Made by a program: the position numbers and the translations under genes. A stretch of 29,466 nt of DNA from a virus (Duplodnaviria; Caudoviricetes): IMG/VR virus record IMGVR_UViG_3300049009_000310, positions 1-29,466 of that record; one strand, 5' to 3'. The notes under the pieces are model-generated. The model saw only the letters and a list, made by a program, of their open reading frames with translations. It was not told the origin of the DNA and searched no databases. Below, piece after piece: positions 8,555 through 17,456 of this stretch; within the stretch, counting starts at the first letter, position 1; the number at the start of each line of letters is the position of its first letter.

Positions 8555-9393
8555 CTTTTGGTCTTTCTGCCGCAGCTATCGGCGGCATCGCGGCCGGAAT
8601 TGGCGGCGTGGCCGGCGCAATTGGGTCGTCTTCCGCCGCAGGCAAAGCCGCGAAAGCGCAGACCGCCGCCGCCGCGCAATCGGCAGATGCGCAAAGAGAG
8701 GCGTTTAACAAGCAAGTCCAGCTACAGGAGCCATTCCGCAACGCCGGTCTGGCCGCGCAGAACCAGCTTCTGACTTTGCTTGGCATCCAACCTCAGTCAA
8801 TGGCTGCGGGGCCTCCGCAGCGGTATGACTCATTTGGACGGCCTATCGACGCGCAGGGGCGCATCATGAGGCAGGGCGCTAACCAAAACCAGAACGACGG
8901 GTCTATCCCGCAATACAATTATTCCGTCGATCCAAACGACCCCAACTTTGGAAGCGCCACCAAGGCGTTCGGCATGGACCAATTCAACGCCGACCCCGGA
9001 TATGCGTTCCGCATGTCGGAAGGCATGAAAGCTCTTGAGCGTTCGGCGGCGGCCAGAGGTGGCCTATTGTCCGGTTCGACCTTAAAAGGCATTACCCGGT
9101 TTGGCCAGGACACGGCGGCGGGAGAATATCAGAACGCTTTCAACCGCTACCAGATTGAGCGGCAAGCGCGGCTCAACCCGCTTCAAAGCTTGATGGGTGG
9201 CGGTCAGACCTCGGCTAGCTTGTTGACCGGCGCAGCAGGGCAGCTTGGACAGGGGCTTGGGCAGGCCGCCGTAGCCCAAGGCGCGGCGAAGGCGTCAAGC
9301 TACATAAACCAGTCCACGGCGCTGAATAACGCCCTTCAGGGGGTGAGCAACAACTTTATGATGTATAACCTGATGAACCGACCAAACCCTTAA
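8551..9393 (+). CDS. DNA ejection/pilot protein (P22 gp7-like)
   Basis: Gly/Ala-rich hydrophobic N-terminus; DPGYAFRMSEG..ALERSAAARGGLLSG.TLK motif. Confidence 0.75.
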   Translation: MTFGLSAAAIGGIAAGIGGVAGAIGSSSAAGKAAKAQTAAAAQSADAQREAFNKQVQLQEPFRNAGLAAQNQLLTLLGIQPQSMAAGPPQRYDSFGRPIDAQGRIMRQGANQNQNDGSIPQYNYSVDPNDPNFGSATKAFGMDQFNADPGYAFRMSEGMKALERSAAARGGLLSGSTLKGITRFGQDTAAGEYQNAFNRYQIERQARLNPLQSLMGGGQTSASLLTGAAGQLGQGLGQAAVAQGAAKASSYINQSTALNNALQGVSNNFMMYNLMNRPNP

Positions 9394-9423
9394 TGTTCGG
9401 CGCATACTTCTGAGGTAGCGATA

Positions 9424-10899
9424 ATGGCTATAGATTATGGTATGCAGGTTCCGCAGGTTCAGCCGATCCAGCCGCAGAACATGCTGCAACAGGTCATGCT
9501 GTTTAACCAGATGAACGAAGCTCGCCGCGAGACGCAGGAGAAGAACGCCCTGCGCGAGCTGCTGTCCGACCCCAATCTCGACACATCCAACCCCGAGACG
9601 TTTCGTAAGATCATCGGTGTGGCGCCCAAGGCCGGCCCGACAGTCGTCGCGTCGTTGGCGCGCGCCAACGCCGACGACCGAGCGGGCAGGTCATCGACGC
9701 TTGCGGGCGAACTGTCCGGTGAACAGCGCAAGGTGGCTGCGGCGGCGCGGTTTCGTGACGAACTGCCGGGCGTCTTGGCGTCCGCCAACCCCGCAGATGC
9801 CTACAAGTCTTGGCGCACCCGGTTTGCGGAGACGATGGGGGCCACTAATCTGCCGGAGGAATTTCCGGGCGATGAGGCCGTGCGCGGCATTATGATGAAC
9901 GCCACGCAGTCGATTGAGGCGGCTAAAACCAGATTTGAAAATGTTGGTGGCGTCCCGCGCCTCGTACTGCCCTCCGGCGATCTACGAACGGTCAATATCT
10001 TACCCCCCGCTCCGCTTGGCCCCGTGCCCGTGCCCGGTGGCCCGCAAGCTGATGCGACTGGCGTGCCGTCCTACCCGGTAAACCCAACACGTCTAGCGCA
10101 GATGCAGCAGGCAGGGCAGCGGTTCGCACCTGGACTTATGGCGTCTGGTGCGCCGCCGCCGAACGCTATGATCCCCCCGCAGACGCAGCCGCCCGCGAAC
10201 GCTATGACCCCCTCGACGAACGCAGAAGAAGTGTTGCAGGCGCAAAAGGATCGAGAAGCCGCGCGCGCGGCGGCGCTTGACGCCACTAAGAAGGACCAAG
10301 AGCGTGTTGCCAAGAAAGTCGAAACAATGCCCGCCGTGCAGTCGGCGGCGCGGGCGTCGATTGATAGTCTCGACGCGCAAATCCGTGAGATCGACGAACT
10401 CATGGGTCGGCCTGTCGGACGGTATCTTGCTACCGGGCCTGTTGCGGGGCGTACGTATAGCCCCACGGGTCTGTTGGGGAGCGTGCAGGGAGCGCAAGCA
10501 AACATAGACAAGATGAAAGCTGGCGCAGGGCTTGAAGCGTTGCAAGAACTACGCAAAAGCAGCCCCGCAGGTAGTGGGCTCGGCAGCGTGTCGAACGCCG
10601 AAGGTACACGCCTACAGGATAGCCGTGCGGCGCTCTCACAACTTCAGGACACAGCGGATTTTGACAAGCAAGCGCTCAAGTACAAGTCTGACTTGGCGCT
10701 GGCGAAGCAGCGCATATTGGAAGCGTACAAGCGTGAGTACGGTGAGGATTTGCCCGCCGACGTGACAGAAAAGCGCGTGGGCGCCCAAGCGACACGCCAA
10801 AACGACCTGACTATCGTTGGTCCCGCAGGTGAAATAGCCCGGTTCAAGGACAAAGAAACGGCCGACAAAGCCTGGGCTCGCTATAATGGGGGCCAGTAA
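9424..10899 (+). CDS. Internal virion/ejection protein (gp20-like position)
   Basis: 491 aa helical and Gln/Pro-rich; GLGSVSNAEG motif; GAGG RBS. Confidence 0.65.
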   Translation: MAIDYGMQVPQVQPIQPQNMLQQVMLFNQMNEARRETQEKNALRELLSDPNLDTSNPETFRKIIGVAPKAGPTVVASLARANADDRAGRSSTLAGELSGEQRKVAAAARFRDELPGVLASANPADAYKSWRTRFAETMGATNLPEEFPGDEAVRGIMMNATQSIEAAKTRFENVGGVPRLVLPSGDLRTVNILPPAPLGPVPVPGGPQADATGVPSYPVNPTRLAQMQQAGQRFAPGLMASGAPPPNAMIPPQTQPPANAMTPSTNAEEVLQAQKDREAARAAALDATKKDQERVAKKVETMPAVQSAARASIDSLDAQIREIDELMGRPVGRYLATGPVAGRTYSPTGLLGSVQGAQANIDKMKAGAGLEALQELRKSSPAGSGLGSVSNAEGTRLQDSRAALSQLQDTADFDKQALKYKSDLALAKQRILEAYKREYGEDLPADVTEKRVGAQATRQNDLTIVGPAGEIARFKDKETADKAWARYNGGQ

Positions 10900-13631
10900 T
10901 GGACTTTAGTGCTGTCGTCAAGGAGTTCGGGGGCACCCTTGAGGGTTCCCCTGCGCGAGCAGGTGGAGACTTCGCGGCGATTGCCAAGGAGTTCGGGGGC
11001 GTCTTGGAGAAGCCGTCGATTGATCTGGCCGACGTGCCGGGCCGCGCTCTCGCCAGCGCACCCGCCAGCGCCGCCAAGTTTGCGGGTAACTTAGCGCAGG
11101 CCGGTTTGATGATTGCCACCAAGCCCGTTTCTACGGGCGGAGCCATCATCAAGGGCGTGGGCGACACTCTCGCGGGCGGCCTGCGGGCGGGCGCGCAAAA
11201 AGCACTGCCTGAACAAGTGTTTAAGTTTCTGGATCAGTTTGATAGCCCAGAAACGACAAAGCGGATCACCGACACCGCGCAAGCATTTGGCGGAGCGGTA
11301 GCTAAAAGATATGGTAGTTGGGAAGCTATCAAAAATTCAGTGGCCGATGACCCGTTTGAGGTAGCGGGCGATCTCGCCACGCTGCTGACCGGCGGTCAGT
11401 TCGCGACCTTGCGGGCGGCGCCCACAGTCTCGAACGCTTTCGGGCGCGTAGCGACGCAAGTGGACCCCACCATGATCGCGCTCCGCACGGGCGTCGGCAG
11501 CGTCAACGCGTTGCGTTCGGCAGCCGAAAACATACCAAACTTTCGCGAAGGCCTTACGGGCGCGTTGAGGCCGTATGTAGACCCCGGCGCTGTAGCCGTA
11601 AACCAGTTTGTTCGGGCAGCCGAAGACCCCGGCGCTACGGCAGCGGCCCTGCGCGCGACCCAGAACGCTTTCGTAACGCCCGGCGCACCGGCAATGTCGG
11701 TCAGCGAGCGTCTTGTTGAGGGTGGCGTGCCAAGCCTTGGCGTGGCGTCGTTGGAGCAAGGGCTTGCTGGAGCGTCGCCAAAAGTTGGCCTACAGATGCG
11801 CGGTCGAGAGCTGGAACAGCAGTCGGCTATCCAGCAACAGTTGGCGCGTGTTGAGCAGCAAATCCAGACGCAAGCGGCGTCACTGGCGCCCGCCGATCTG
11901 TCGCAGCTTCGGCAAGTGCGCGACACGCTCATGCGCGGTTTGGCCGACGAGCAGGCCACGCTCGCCAACACGGCGCAGGGCGTTGCCCAGCCGCTGCCGA
12001 CCGTTCGGCAAGCGGACGTGGGGGGCGAAATCCAGACGCGCGGAGCGGAGCGTTCCGAGCAACTCAAGAAAGAATACATCCGGCCCGGCTATCGAGAAGC
12101 CTTCGACATTGCGGGCGACGCGCCGCTTATTGATTTGGGGCGGCCGTTAGCGACAGCGGAACGCTTTGTAAGGGACATTGGTGCGATTGTTGACCCCACC
12201 AAGGTATCGCCGGGCGTGCGTAACATGCTGCGCCTAGAGGCCGGTCCAGACGCTGGACCGCGCGTCGTGTCGTTGGAAGACTTTCAAGCAGTTCGTGCGG
12301 CGCTGCGAAAGCAGAAGCGTGATGCGGCTCGCACCGACCCGACGCGGGCTAGCTCGCTGCAAGCCGTGATCCGGGAAATGGACGCGGCTTTGGAGGTGTC
12401 TTCCGTACCGAAGGCGGCCAAAGATGCGCTGCTTGAGGCCGACCGCCGCGTCAGCGAAGTGCAAATACCCATGTACCGCACTGGAGAGACGGGCAAAATG
12501 TTGACATCTGGTTCGTATAACCAGCCCCGCACGCTGCCTAGCCAGCAAGTTGAGGCGTTCATTAAAACTGAAGAGGCCGCAGAGCAGTTCGTCCTCACGT
12601 TCAAGGACGACCCACGCGCGTTGCAGTCCCTGCAACAGGGCATCCTTGACTTGTACCGTCAGGACATTGTCAATCCGACAACGCGCGCTGTTGACCCCAA
12701 GAGAGCCGCCAAGTTTGAGGCCGATAAAGCCCGCGAACTCGACATACTAGAGGCCGCTGGGCTGAACGTGCGCGAGACGATGGAGATGGTGCGCCGGGAT
12801 GCGGCTGCCGTGCAGCGCGCGACGGAGGCGCTGACAAAAGAGGCGTCCAAGTTTAGCGCGGCCAAGTCCGCCGACGAGGTTGTCGATCTGGCGCTTAAGT
12901 CGCCCAGTAACATGACATCTGTCCGCGACCGCTTAACGCCTACCGCTCGCACGGCGCTGTCTGACGAGCTGACCAACCGCGCTACGTCGGATCTTGAGCG
13001 CGGCGACGCGGCGGGGGCGTTGGATTATCTGACCAAGAACGAGAAGGCCATCAAGATTGGTATGGGTAAGGCAGGGGCTAAGACTTACGGCGACCTGGTC
13101 GAGCTTGCCAACTTGCAAAAGGACTTTCTGGATGTCCTGTCGCAGGCCCCTAAAACTAGTGTTTCCATGCCGGTAACAATTCCCGACAACCTCACGGCCG
13201 GACAACTGACCAGTTTGAAAGTTGTTGTAGACGACTTGGCGCGAGCAAAGGCGGTTACCGAGTTGGGCACGCCGAAAAACAAAGCGGCGGGCAAAGGTTC
13301 AACAGAAGCGGCGCTTGAAGCGGGCGCGGCGCCAAACCGGATACCGGGCTTTATGACGCCTGTGATTACGGCGGCTAAATCTGTATTCAGGAGCATTTTA
13401 GATTTTCAAGACCGCCGCGTAGCCGCCATACTGTTTGACAAGATGGTCAAAGACCCCGACTCGCTGATCCCCGCGTTGGAAGCGGCGGCCAAAGTCAAAG
13501 CGGCGACGCCGGCCGTGAAGCAACCCCCGCGCCCGCTGACCATCCCGGTTGGCGTAGAGCGCGCGGCGCGCGGCGCAACTGCGGTCAACAGCATGTCAAG
13601 TCAAGAAAACCAGAACGCGATGGCGCGCTAA
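10899..13631 (+). CDS. Large internal virion/ejection protein (gp16-like position)
   Basis: 910 aa, Ala-rich and helical, last structural gene; N-terminal DFxAxxKEFGG repeated twice. Confidence 0.7.
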   Translation: MDFSAVVKEFGGTLEGSPARAGGDFAAIAKEFGGVLEKPSIDLADVPGRALASAPASAAKFAGNLAQAGLMIATKPVSTGGAIIKGVGDTLAGGLRAGAQKALPEQVFKFLDQFDSPETTKRITDTAQAFGGAVAKRYGSWEAIKNSVADDPFEVAGDLATLLTGGQFATLRAAPTVSNAFGRVATQVDPTMIALRTGVGSVNALRSAAENIPNFREGLTGALRPYVDPGAVAVNQFVRAAEDPGATAAALRATQNAFVTPGAPAMSVSERLVEGGVPSLGVASLEQGLAGASPKVGLQMRGRELEQQSAIQQQLARVEQQIQTQAASLAPADLSQLRQVRDTLMRGLADEQATLANTAQGVAQPLPTVRQADVGGEIQTRGAERSEQLKKEYIRPGYREAFDIAGDAPLIDLGRPLATAERFVRDIGAIVDPTKVSPGVRNMLRLEAGPDAGPRVVSLEDFQAVRAALRKQKRDAARTDPTRASSLQAVIREMDAALEVSSVPKAAKDALLEADRRVSEVQIPMYRTGETGKMLTSGSYNQPRTLPSQQVEAFIKTEEAAEQFVLTFKDDPRALQSLQQGILDLYRQDIVNPTTRAVDPKRAAKFEADKARELDILEAAGLNVRETMEMVRRDAAAVQRATEALTKEASKFSAAKSADEVVDLALKSPSNMTSVRDRLTPTARTALSDELTNRATSDLERGDAAGALDYLTKNEKAIKIGMGKAGAKTYGDLVELANLQKDFLDVLSQAPKTSVSMPVTIPDNLTAGQLTSLKVVVDDLARAKAVTELGTPKNKAAGKGSTEAALEAGAAPNRIPGFMTPVITAAKSVFRSILDFQDRRVAAILFDKMVKDPDSLIPALEAAAKVKAATPAVKQPPRPLTIPVGVERAARGATAVNSMSSQENQNAMAR

Positions 13632-13633
13632 TC

Positions 13634-13870
13634 ATGGACCAGCAGACACTTATCAACATCGGCGGCGGCATCATCTTGGCGGGTATCGGCTGGTGGGCGC
13701 GTGTCATCTGGGAGAGCGTGCAGCGCCTCAAGGAGGACCTGCACGAGATCGAGGTGGACTTGCCAAAAAGCTACGTCACAAAAGACGACTTCAACATCAC
13801 GATGAAGCACATTGAAACTATGGTCCAGCGCATCTACGACAAGCTGGACGGAAAGGCGGACAAGTCGTGA
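13634..13870 (+). CDS. Single-TM coiled-coil membrane protein (putative holin/antiholin)
   Basis: TM segment LINIGGGIILAGIGWWA followed by a coiled coil; overlaps the endolysin start. Confidence 0.6.
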   Translation: MDQQTLINIGGGIILAGIGWWARVIWESVQRLKEDLHEIEVDLPKSYVTKDDFNITMKHIETMVQRIYDKLDGKADKS

Positions 13871-14235
13871 TCGACGCTCGCAGCGAACGCAACCTGATCG
13901 GCGTGCACCCCGACCTCGTCAAAGTGATCCGCCGCGCTGCTAAGGCGGGCGGTTTCGTCGTTACCGAGGGGTTGCGCACCAAGGCGCGGCAGGCGCAGCT
14001 CGTCAAGGCGGGCGCGTCCCGCACGATGAACAGCCGCCACATCACGGGTCACGCCATCGACGTTGCCGCCGTGGTCAACGGCGAGGTGCGGTGGGACTGG
14101 CCGCTTTATGCTGCTATCGCAGTTCGGGTCAAAGCTGCTGCAAAGGACTTGGGCGTGCCGATCACCTGGGGTGGCGACTGGAAGTCATTCCGAGACGGGC
14201 CGCATTTCGAACTTGACAGGAAGGCGTACCCGTGA
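13867..14235 (+). CDS. Endolysin, peptidase M15 (L-Ala-D-Glu peptidase type)
   Basis: GVHPDL, EGLRT..RQ, SRHITGHAID, WGGDW..F.DGPHFEL zinc-peptidase motifs. Confidence 0.93.
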   Translation: MIDARSERNLIGVHPDLVKVIRRAAKAGGFVVTEGLRTKARQAQLVKAGASRTMNSRHITGHAIDVAAVVNGEVRWDWPLYAAIAVRVKAAAKDLGVPITWGGDWKSFRDGPHFELDRKAYP

Positions 14236-14309
14236 AGCTAATCATCCTGCTTCTCCCCTTCGCCCTAACTGGTTGCGGTGTCATCCGCGATCTTCCTAAG
14301 TACTGGTAA
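14232..14309 (+). CDS. 25-aa micro-lipoprotein MKLIILLLPFALTGCGVIRDLPKYW
   Basis: GTGA overlap with the endolysin stop; basic N-terminus, hydrophobic core and LTGC lipobox; its stop is followed by the RBS of the next gene. Not in the ORF track. Confidence 0.65.
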   Translation: MKLIILLLPFALTGCGVIRDLPKYW

Positions 14310-14319
14310 GGAGATCACA

Positions 14320-14496
14320 ATGGGTATCGATAAAGACATGTTCGAACGCCTGTTCCGCACAGCCCTCCAGGTTGTCGGCGCGATCGTCGCCACCCGCTAC
14401 GTCGGTGAGGAAAACTGGGCCGCTCTGTCGGGCGCGCTACTGACGCTCGGCACGACCGGCTGGACAATCTACGCATCGCGTAAGGCCGTGAAATGA
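14320..14496 (+). CDS. Putative holin (two TM segments)
   Basis: ATG at 14320 after TAAGGAG; two hydrophobic segments and a basic C-terminus (SRKAVK). Confidence 0.65.
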   Translation: MGIDKDMFERLFRTALQVVGAIVATRYVGEENWAALSGALLTLGTTGWTIYASRKAVK

Positions 14497-14714
14497 CCGA
14501 GGCTCTTGCCATTGGTGGCGCCATACTCGCCATTACCGGCGTGTTCTTTGGCGTCATTTGGCTTGCCGAACGCAAGGCGCGGGCTGAAGTCATACAGGAG
14601 TTGAACATTGAAGCGATCATACGCCTGCGGTCTGCCATGGAAGCTGACCGCCGCGCTCGTGAGCGGATTGCTCGTGGCGAGCTGCTCAACGACGATGGGC
14701 ACAAGCGGGACTGA
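14493..14714 (+). CDS. Inner-membrane spanin (Rz-like)
   Basis: N-terminal TM segment plus short helical periplasmic part; overlaps a lipoprotein gene. Confidence 0.7.
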   Translation: MTEALAIGGAILAITGVFFGVIWLAERKARAEVIQELNIEAIIRLRSAMEADRRARERIARGELLNDDGHKRD

Positions 14715-14820
14715 GTGTATCGTTTGGACGCCTATCTCATGGTCGTCCAAAGATACGCCCCAGACCATCGAAGGCGTCAAGCTGAGCAACGCGCGGCGGC
14801 AGGCGTGGTGCAAGAGCTAA
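14608..14820 (+). CDS. Outer-membrane spanin lipoprotein (Rz1-like)
   Basis: TTG start after AGGAG inside the i-spanin gene, shifted frame; lipobox LVASC; CIVWTPISWSSKDT...WC. Confidence 0.75.
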   Translation: MKRSYACGLPWKLTAALVSGLLVASCSTTMGTSGTECIVWTPISWSSKDTPQTIEGVKLSNARRQAWCKS

Positions 14821-14821
14821 A

Positions 14822-15367
14822 ATGCTATTTACGGCTTCAGGTTCAATTCCTAGACACCAATACGTCCAAGTCGATGGGTCGTTCGTCGGCGTAGAGGGCC
14901 GTGTTTCGGCTGTCTGGTTTGGGCTGCACGCGCACCCTGGGCGCGCATGGGGCTGCACCGTCATGTTGCAGAGCGGCGCGGTATACCGAAATCTTCCGCC
15001 ACACGCGATAGCGTTCTGTGAAGACGCCCCCGATTGGACAATTGAACAAGCCCAATTGTGGGACTGCTACGGCAATCAGTTTTCCGTGTTGGTGTACGAC
15101 TTTCTTGACGGCCTTGATGCCGTCGCGCGCATTAACGGCGAAGACGTGCCGTGCGAGTATCTGTTTACCGCTGTCCCCATTGGCGACGCCTACACGGCAG
15201 AACCCAGCCAAGATAAAGAATTTATGTTTCTGCAAACGCGCAAAGGGCGGTTGACGATCCAACCGACGAACCGCGTCTTGTTCACCGACGCCAGCTTTAC
15301 CGACAAGACACCGTTTTGGCCTTCGCTCCCGCTGACAACGCAGATTTACTCGTCAGAAGCAACCTAG
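14822..15367 (+). CDS. Phage hypothetical protein
   Basis: 181 aa; GAVYRNLP, QLWDCY, YLFT, QPTNRV motifs; follows the spanins. Confidence 0.75.
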   Translation: MLFTASGSIPRHQYVQVDGSFVGVEGRVSAVWFGLHAHPGRAWGCTVMLQSGAVYRNLPPHAIAFCEDAPDWTIEQAQLWDCYGNQFSVLVYDFLDGLDAVARINGEDVPCEYLFTAVPIGDAYTAEPSQDKEFMFLQTRKGRLTIQPTNRVLFTDASFTDKTPFWPSLPLTTQIYSSEAT

Positions 15368-15387
15368 TTAATACGAGGCGCAATGAC

Positions 15388-15576
15388 CTAGCCGACCAAC
15401 TCTTTGCGCTCCCGCGTTGCCCGCAGCGCCGTGTAGCGTTGGTGCAGCCGCGTTAGGACGGTCGATCGCGGCGAGGGCTGGCGGGCCTGCTCCCGCGCCA
15501 GCAGCGCCTGGACCTCCGTCTCGGTCATGCTGTGTAAGCGGTCGTTCAACGACCTCCAGCTAAACTCATCAGCCAT
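15388..15576 (-). CDS. Small helical hypothetical protein
   Basis: MADEFSWRSLN...RLHQRYTALRATRER; overlaps the helicase stop. Confidence 0.7.
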   Translation of the reverse strand: MADEFSWRSLNDRLHSMTETEVQALLAREQARQPSPRSTVLTRLHQRYTALRATRERKELVG

Positions 15577-16912
15577 CTTTAAGCTCCGCAATTGCTATGT
15601 CCGATATGGCGCGCTTATCCCGCAACGCCAGAAGTATGCGCTCGTCAATAGTCTTATTACAGATCAGCAGATAACACCAGACCTCATGTAACTGCCCTCC
15701 CCGGTGCAGCCGCCCGATTGTCTGCTCGAACAGCTCCAGCGACCACGGCAGCGAGACAAAAATTATTTTGTTGCCCCCATACTGAAGGTTAAGCCCGTGG
15801 CCGGCGCTCTTGGGGTGGATCAGCAGCAGTTCGATCTTGCCCGCGTTCCACCGTTCCACGGCGTTCGGGCTGTCGATGGTCTGCGCCTTCGGGTATTGGC
15901 GCTGTAGCTCGGCCAGTTCTTCCTTGTAGTTGTAGACGACGATGGTGTTGGCGTGCTGGTTCTCGGATAGGATGTCGTCCAGCAGATCGAACTTGTGCGT
16001 CGATAACCAGTGCGGCGTCTGGCGCACGTCGAACTTGCCGGGAGCCGCGCTGGGCGTCGAGACGGTGCTGTAGACGAAGCCGGACGCCATCTGTTGCAGC
16101 TTGTTTGTCATGGCTGCCGCGTTCATGGCCGTGATCGTCGCGTCGCCCAGCTCGACCAGCAGGTCTTTCTTCATCTTCTCGTAGGGTGCGCGGTCGGGCA
16201 TGTCGCAGCGCATCTCGACCGTGTGCAGCGGCGGCAGCTTGTCGGCGTACTCGCCGGGCTCCAGCACAAACGTCGCCGGGCGGATGTCCGCCATGACCTG
16301 CTCCAGCGCGCCGCGCCGTGGCGCCCACTCACCAAAGTCGCGGTTGATGCAGACAAAATACTTCTGCAGGAACGCGCCCTTGGCGCGGCCCAGCAGTGTT
16401 TGGTCGATCACCTTGCACTGGCCGAAGACATCCTCCAGCCCGTTCGATGTGAACGAGCCGGTCAGGCCCCAGCGGAACCGGAAGCGGTCGAGCTGGTCGA
16501 GCAACGCCTTGAAGCGTTTGCCGGACGGGTTCTTGAGCCGCGTTAGTTCGTCAAATACGATGCCGTCAAACGACGACAGGTCGGGCAGCGACTGGATGTT
16601 GTCGTAGTTGGTGACGACCACCTTGGCGTTGCTGTTGAAGGCGCGCGCGCGGGCTTGCGGCGAGCCGACCGCCACGACAAGCGGCAGGTCGGGCGTCCAT
16701 TTGGGGCCTTCGACCGGCCAGACGTCGGTGCAGACGCGCTTGGGCGCCAGCACCAGCCAGCGCCGTGTGTGCCCGTCGAGCAGCATCTGCCGCATGGCCG
16801 TCAGCGTCAGGGCCGTCTTGCCAGCGCCCACGGCCGCCAACACCATCGCGCGATCATGTTCGTAGAGGAAGTCGGCGGCGGCGTCCTGATATTCTCTAAG
16901 GGCGAGCGTCAA
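15569..16912 (-). CDS. SNF2-family (SF2) helicase
   Basis: LREYQ Q-motif, GAGKT, DELT, GLTGS, HPKSAGHGLNLQ, QTIGRLHRGGQ; TTG start with AGGAG RBS. Confidence 0.93.
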   Translation of the reverse strand: MTLALREYQDAAADFLYEHDRAMVLAAVGAGKTALTLTAMRQMLLDGHTRRWLVLAPKRVCTDVWPVEGPKWTPDLPLVVAVGSPQARARAFNSNAKVVVTNYDNIQSLPDLSSFDGIVFDELTRLKNPSGKRFKALLDQLDRFRFRWGLTGSFTSNGLEDVFGQCKVIDQTLLGRAKGAFLQKYFVCINRDFGEWAPRRGALEQVMADIRPATFVLEPGEYADKLPPLHTVEMRCDMPDRAPYEKMKKDLLVELGDATITAMNAAAMTNKLQQMASGFVYSTVSTPSAAPGKFDVRQTPHWLSTHKFDLLDDILSENQHANTIVVYNYKEELAELQRQYPKAQTIDSPNAVERWNAGKIELLLIHPKSAGHGLNLQYGGNKIIFVSLPWSLELFEQTIGRLHRGGQLHEVWCYLLICNKTIDERILLALRDKRAISDIAIAELKDG

Positions 16913-16976
16913 GGAAGGCTCCTACGACTTCTGCGGCGACTTGCGGGACGATCGCGTTATAGTAAGCGTCAGCCAT
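16896..16976 (-). pseudogene. Collapsed DNA (cytosine-5) methyltransferase remnant MADAYYNAIVPQVAAEVVGAFLDARP
   Basis: The N-terminal AYYN and the motif-X NAIVPQVAAE C-terminus of phage C5-MTases are joined in frame; overlaps both neighbouring genes. Confidence 0.7.
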
Positions 16977-17199
16977 CGCCCCGCGCCTTCATCATGGCGT
17001 CCGCCTGCTCGTAAGCGACCATCGCAAGGACTTGCACCGCAAGGACTTGTTTGATTACGTCGTCAAAAGATGCGTTGCTGTACATCCCTTGCAGCGCCTG
17101 CCCCGCAAAATAGTCGCGCAGCGTCATGCCGGGGCGCACCACGGCGTGCGTAGCTACGGGGAACGCCTGCGGGCTCTTCACTTCAGGTTTGCTATCCAT
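16969..17199 (-). CDS. Conserved small phage protein (AFP...GMTLRDYFA family)
   Basis: AFP, GMTLRDYFAGQALQG, AYEQADAMMKAR. Confidence 0.8.
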   Translation of the reverse strand: MDSKPEVKSPQAFPVATHAVVRPGMTLRDYFAGQALQGMYSNASFDDVIKQVLAVQVLAMVAYEQADAMMKARGDG

Positions 17200-17456
17200 T
17201 CGTCGATCTCCTTAATTGACCATAACAGAGCGTAGTTCTGCCGCAGCGCCTTCAGCTCGTCGGCGTGCAGCTTCTGGAGCGGCGCGAGCCTGCCGCCCTT
17301 GGGGCGCTTCAGCTCCACGAACCACGTCGAGCCGTCCGGCAGGCAGGCGATGCGATCCGCTACGCCGCGTTGCTGCGGCGAGCGGAACTTGAACGTCTTG
17401 CCGCCGAGGCGTTCGACGGACCAGACAAAATATTTTTCGATTTCTTTCTCAAGCAT
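17178..17456 (-). CDS. VRR-NUC nuclease (PD-(D/E)XK)
   Basis: EKEIE, GVADRI, FVELK..GGRL.PLQ. Confidence 0.9.
   Translation of the reverse strand: MLEKEIEKYFVWSVERLGGKTFKFRSPQQRGVADRIACLPDGSTWFVELKRPKGGRLAPLQKLHADELKALRQNYALLWSIKEIDEWIANLK

Noticed and set aside
9393-9413. Mini-ORF MFGAYF overlapping the pilot-protein stop
   Set aside because: Six codons is too short to support; it could be chance or a shed C-terminus.
14278-14319. Upstream GTG start for the holin
   Set aside because: The ATG at 14320 has TAAGGAG, and the upstream bases belong to the micro-lipoprotein.
17024-17049. 11-bp direct repeat GCAAGGACTTG giving QVLAVQVLA
   Set aside because: A minor in-frame micro-duplication with no evident function.
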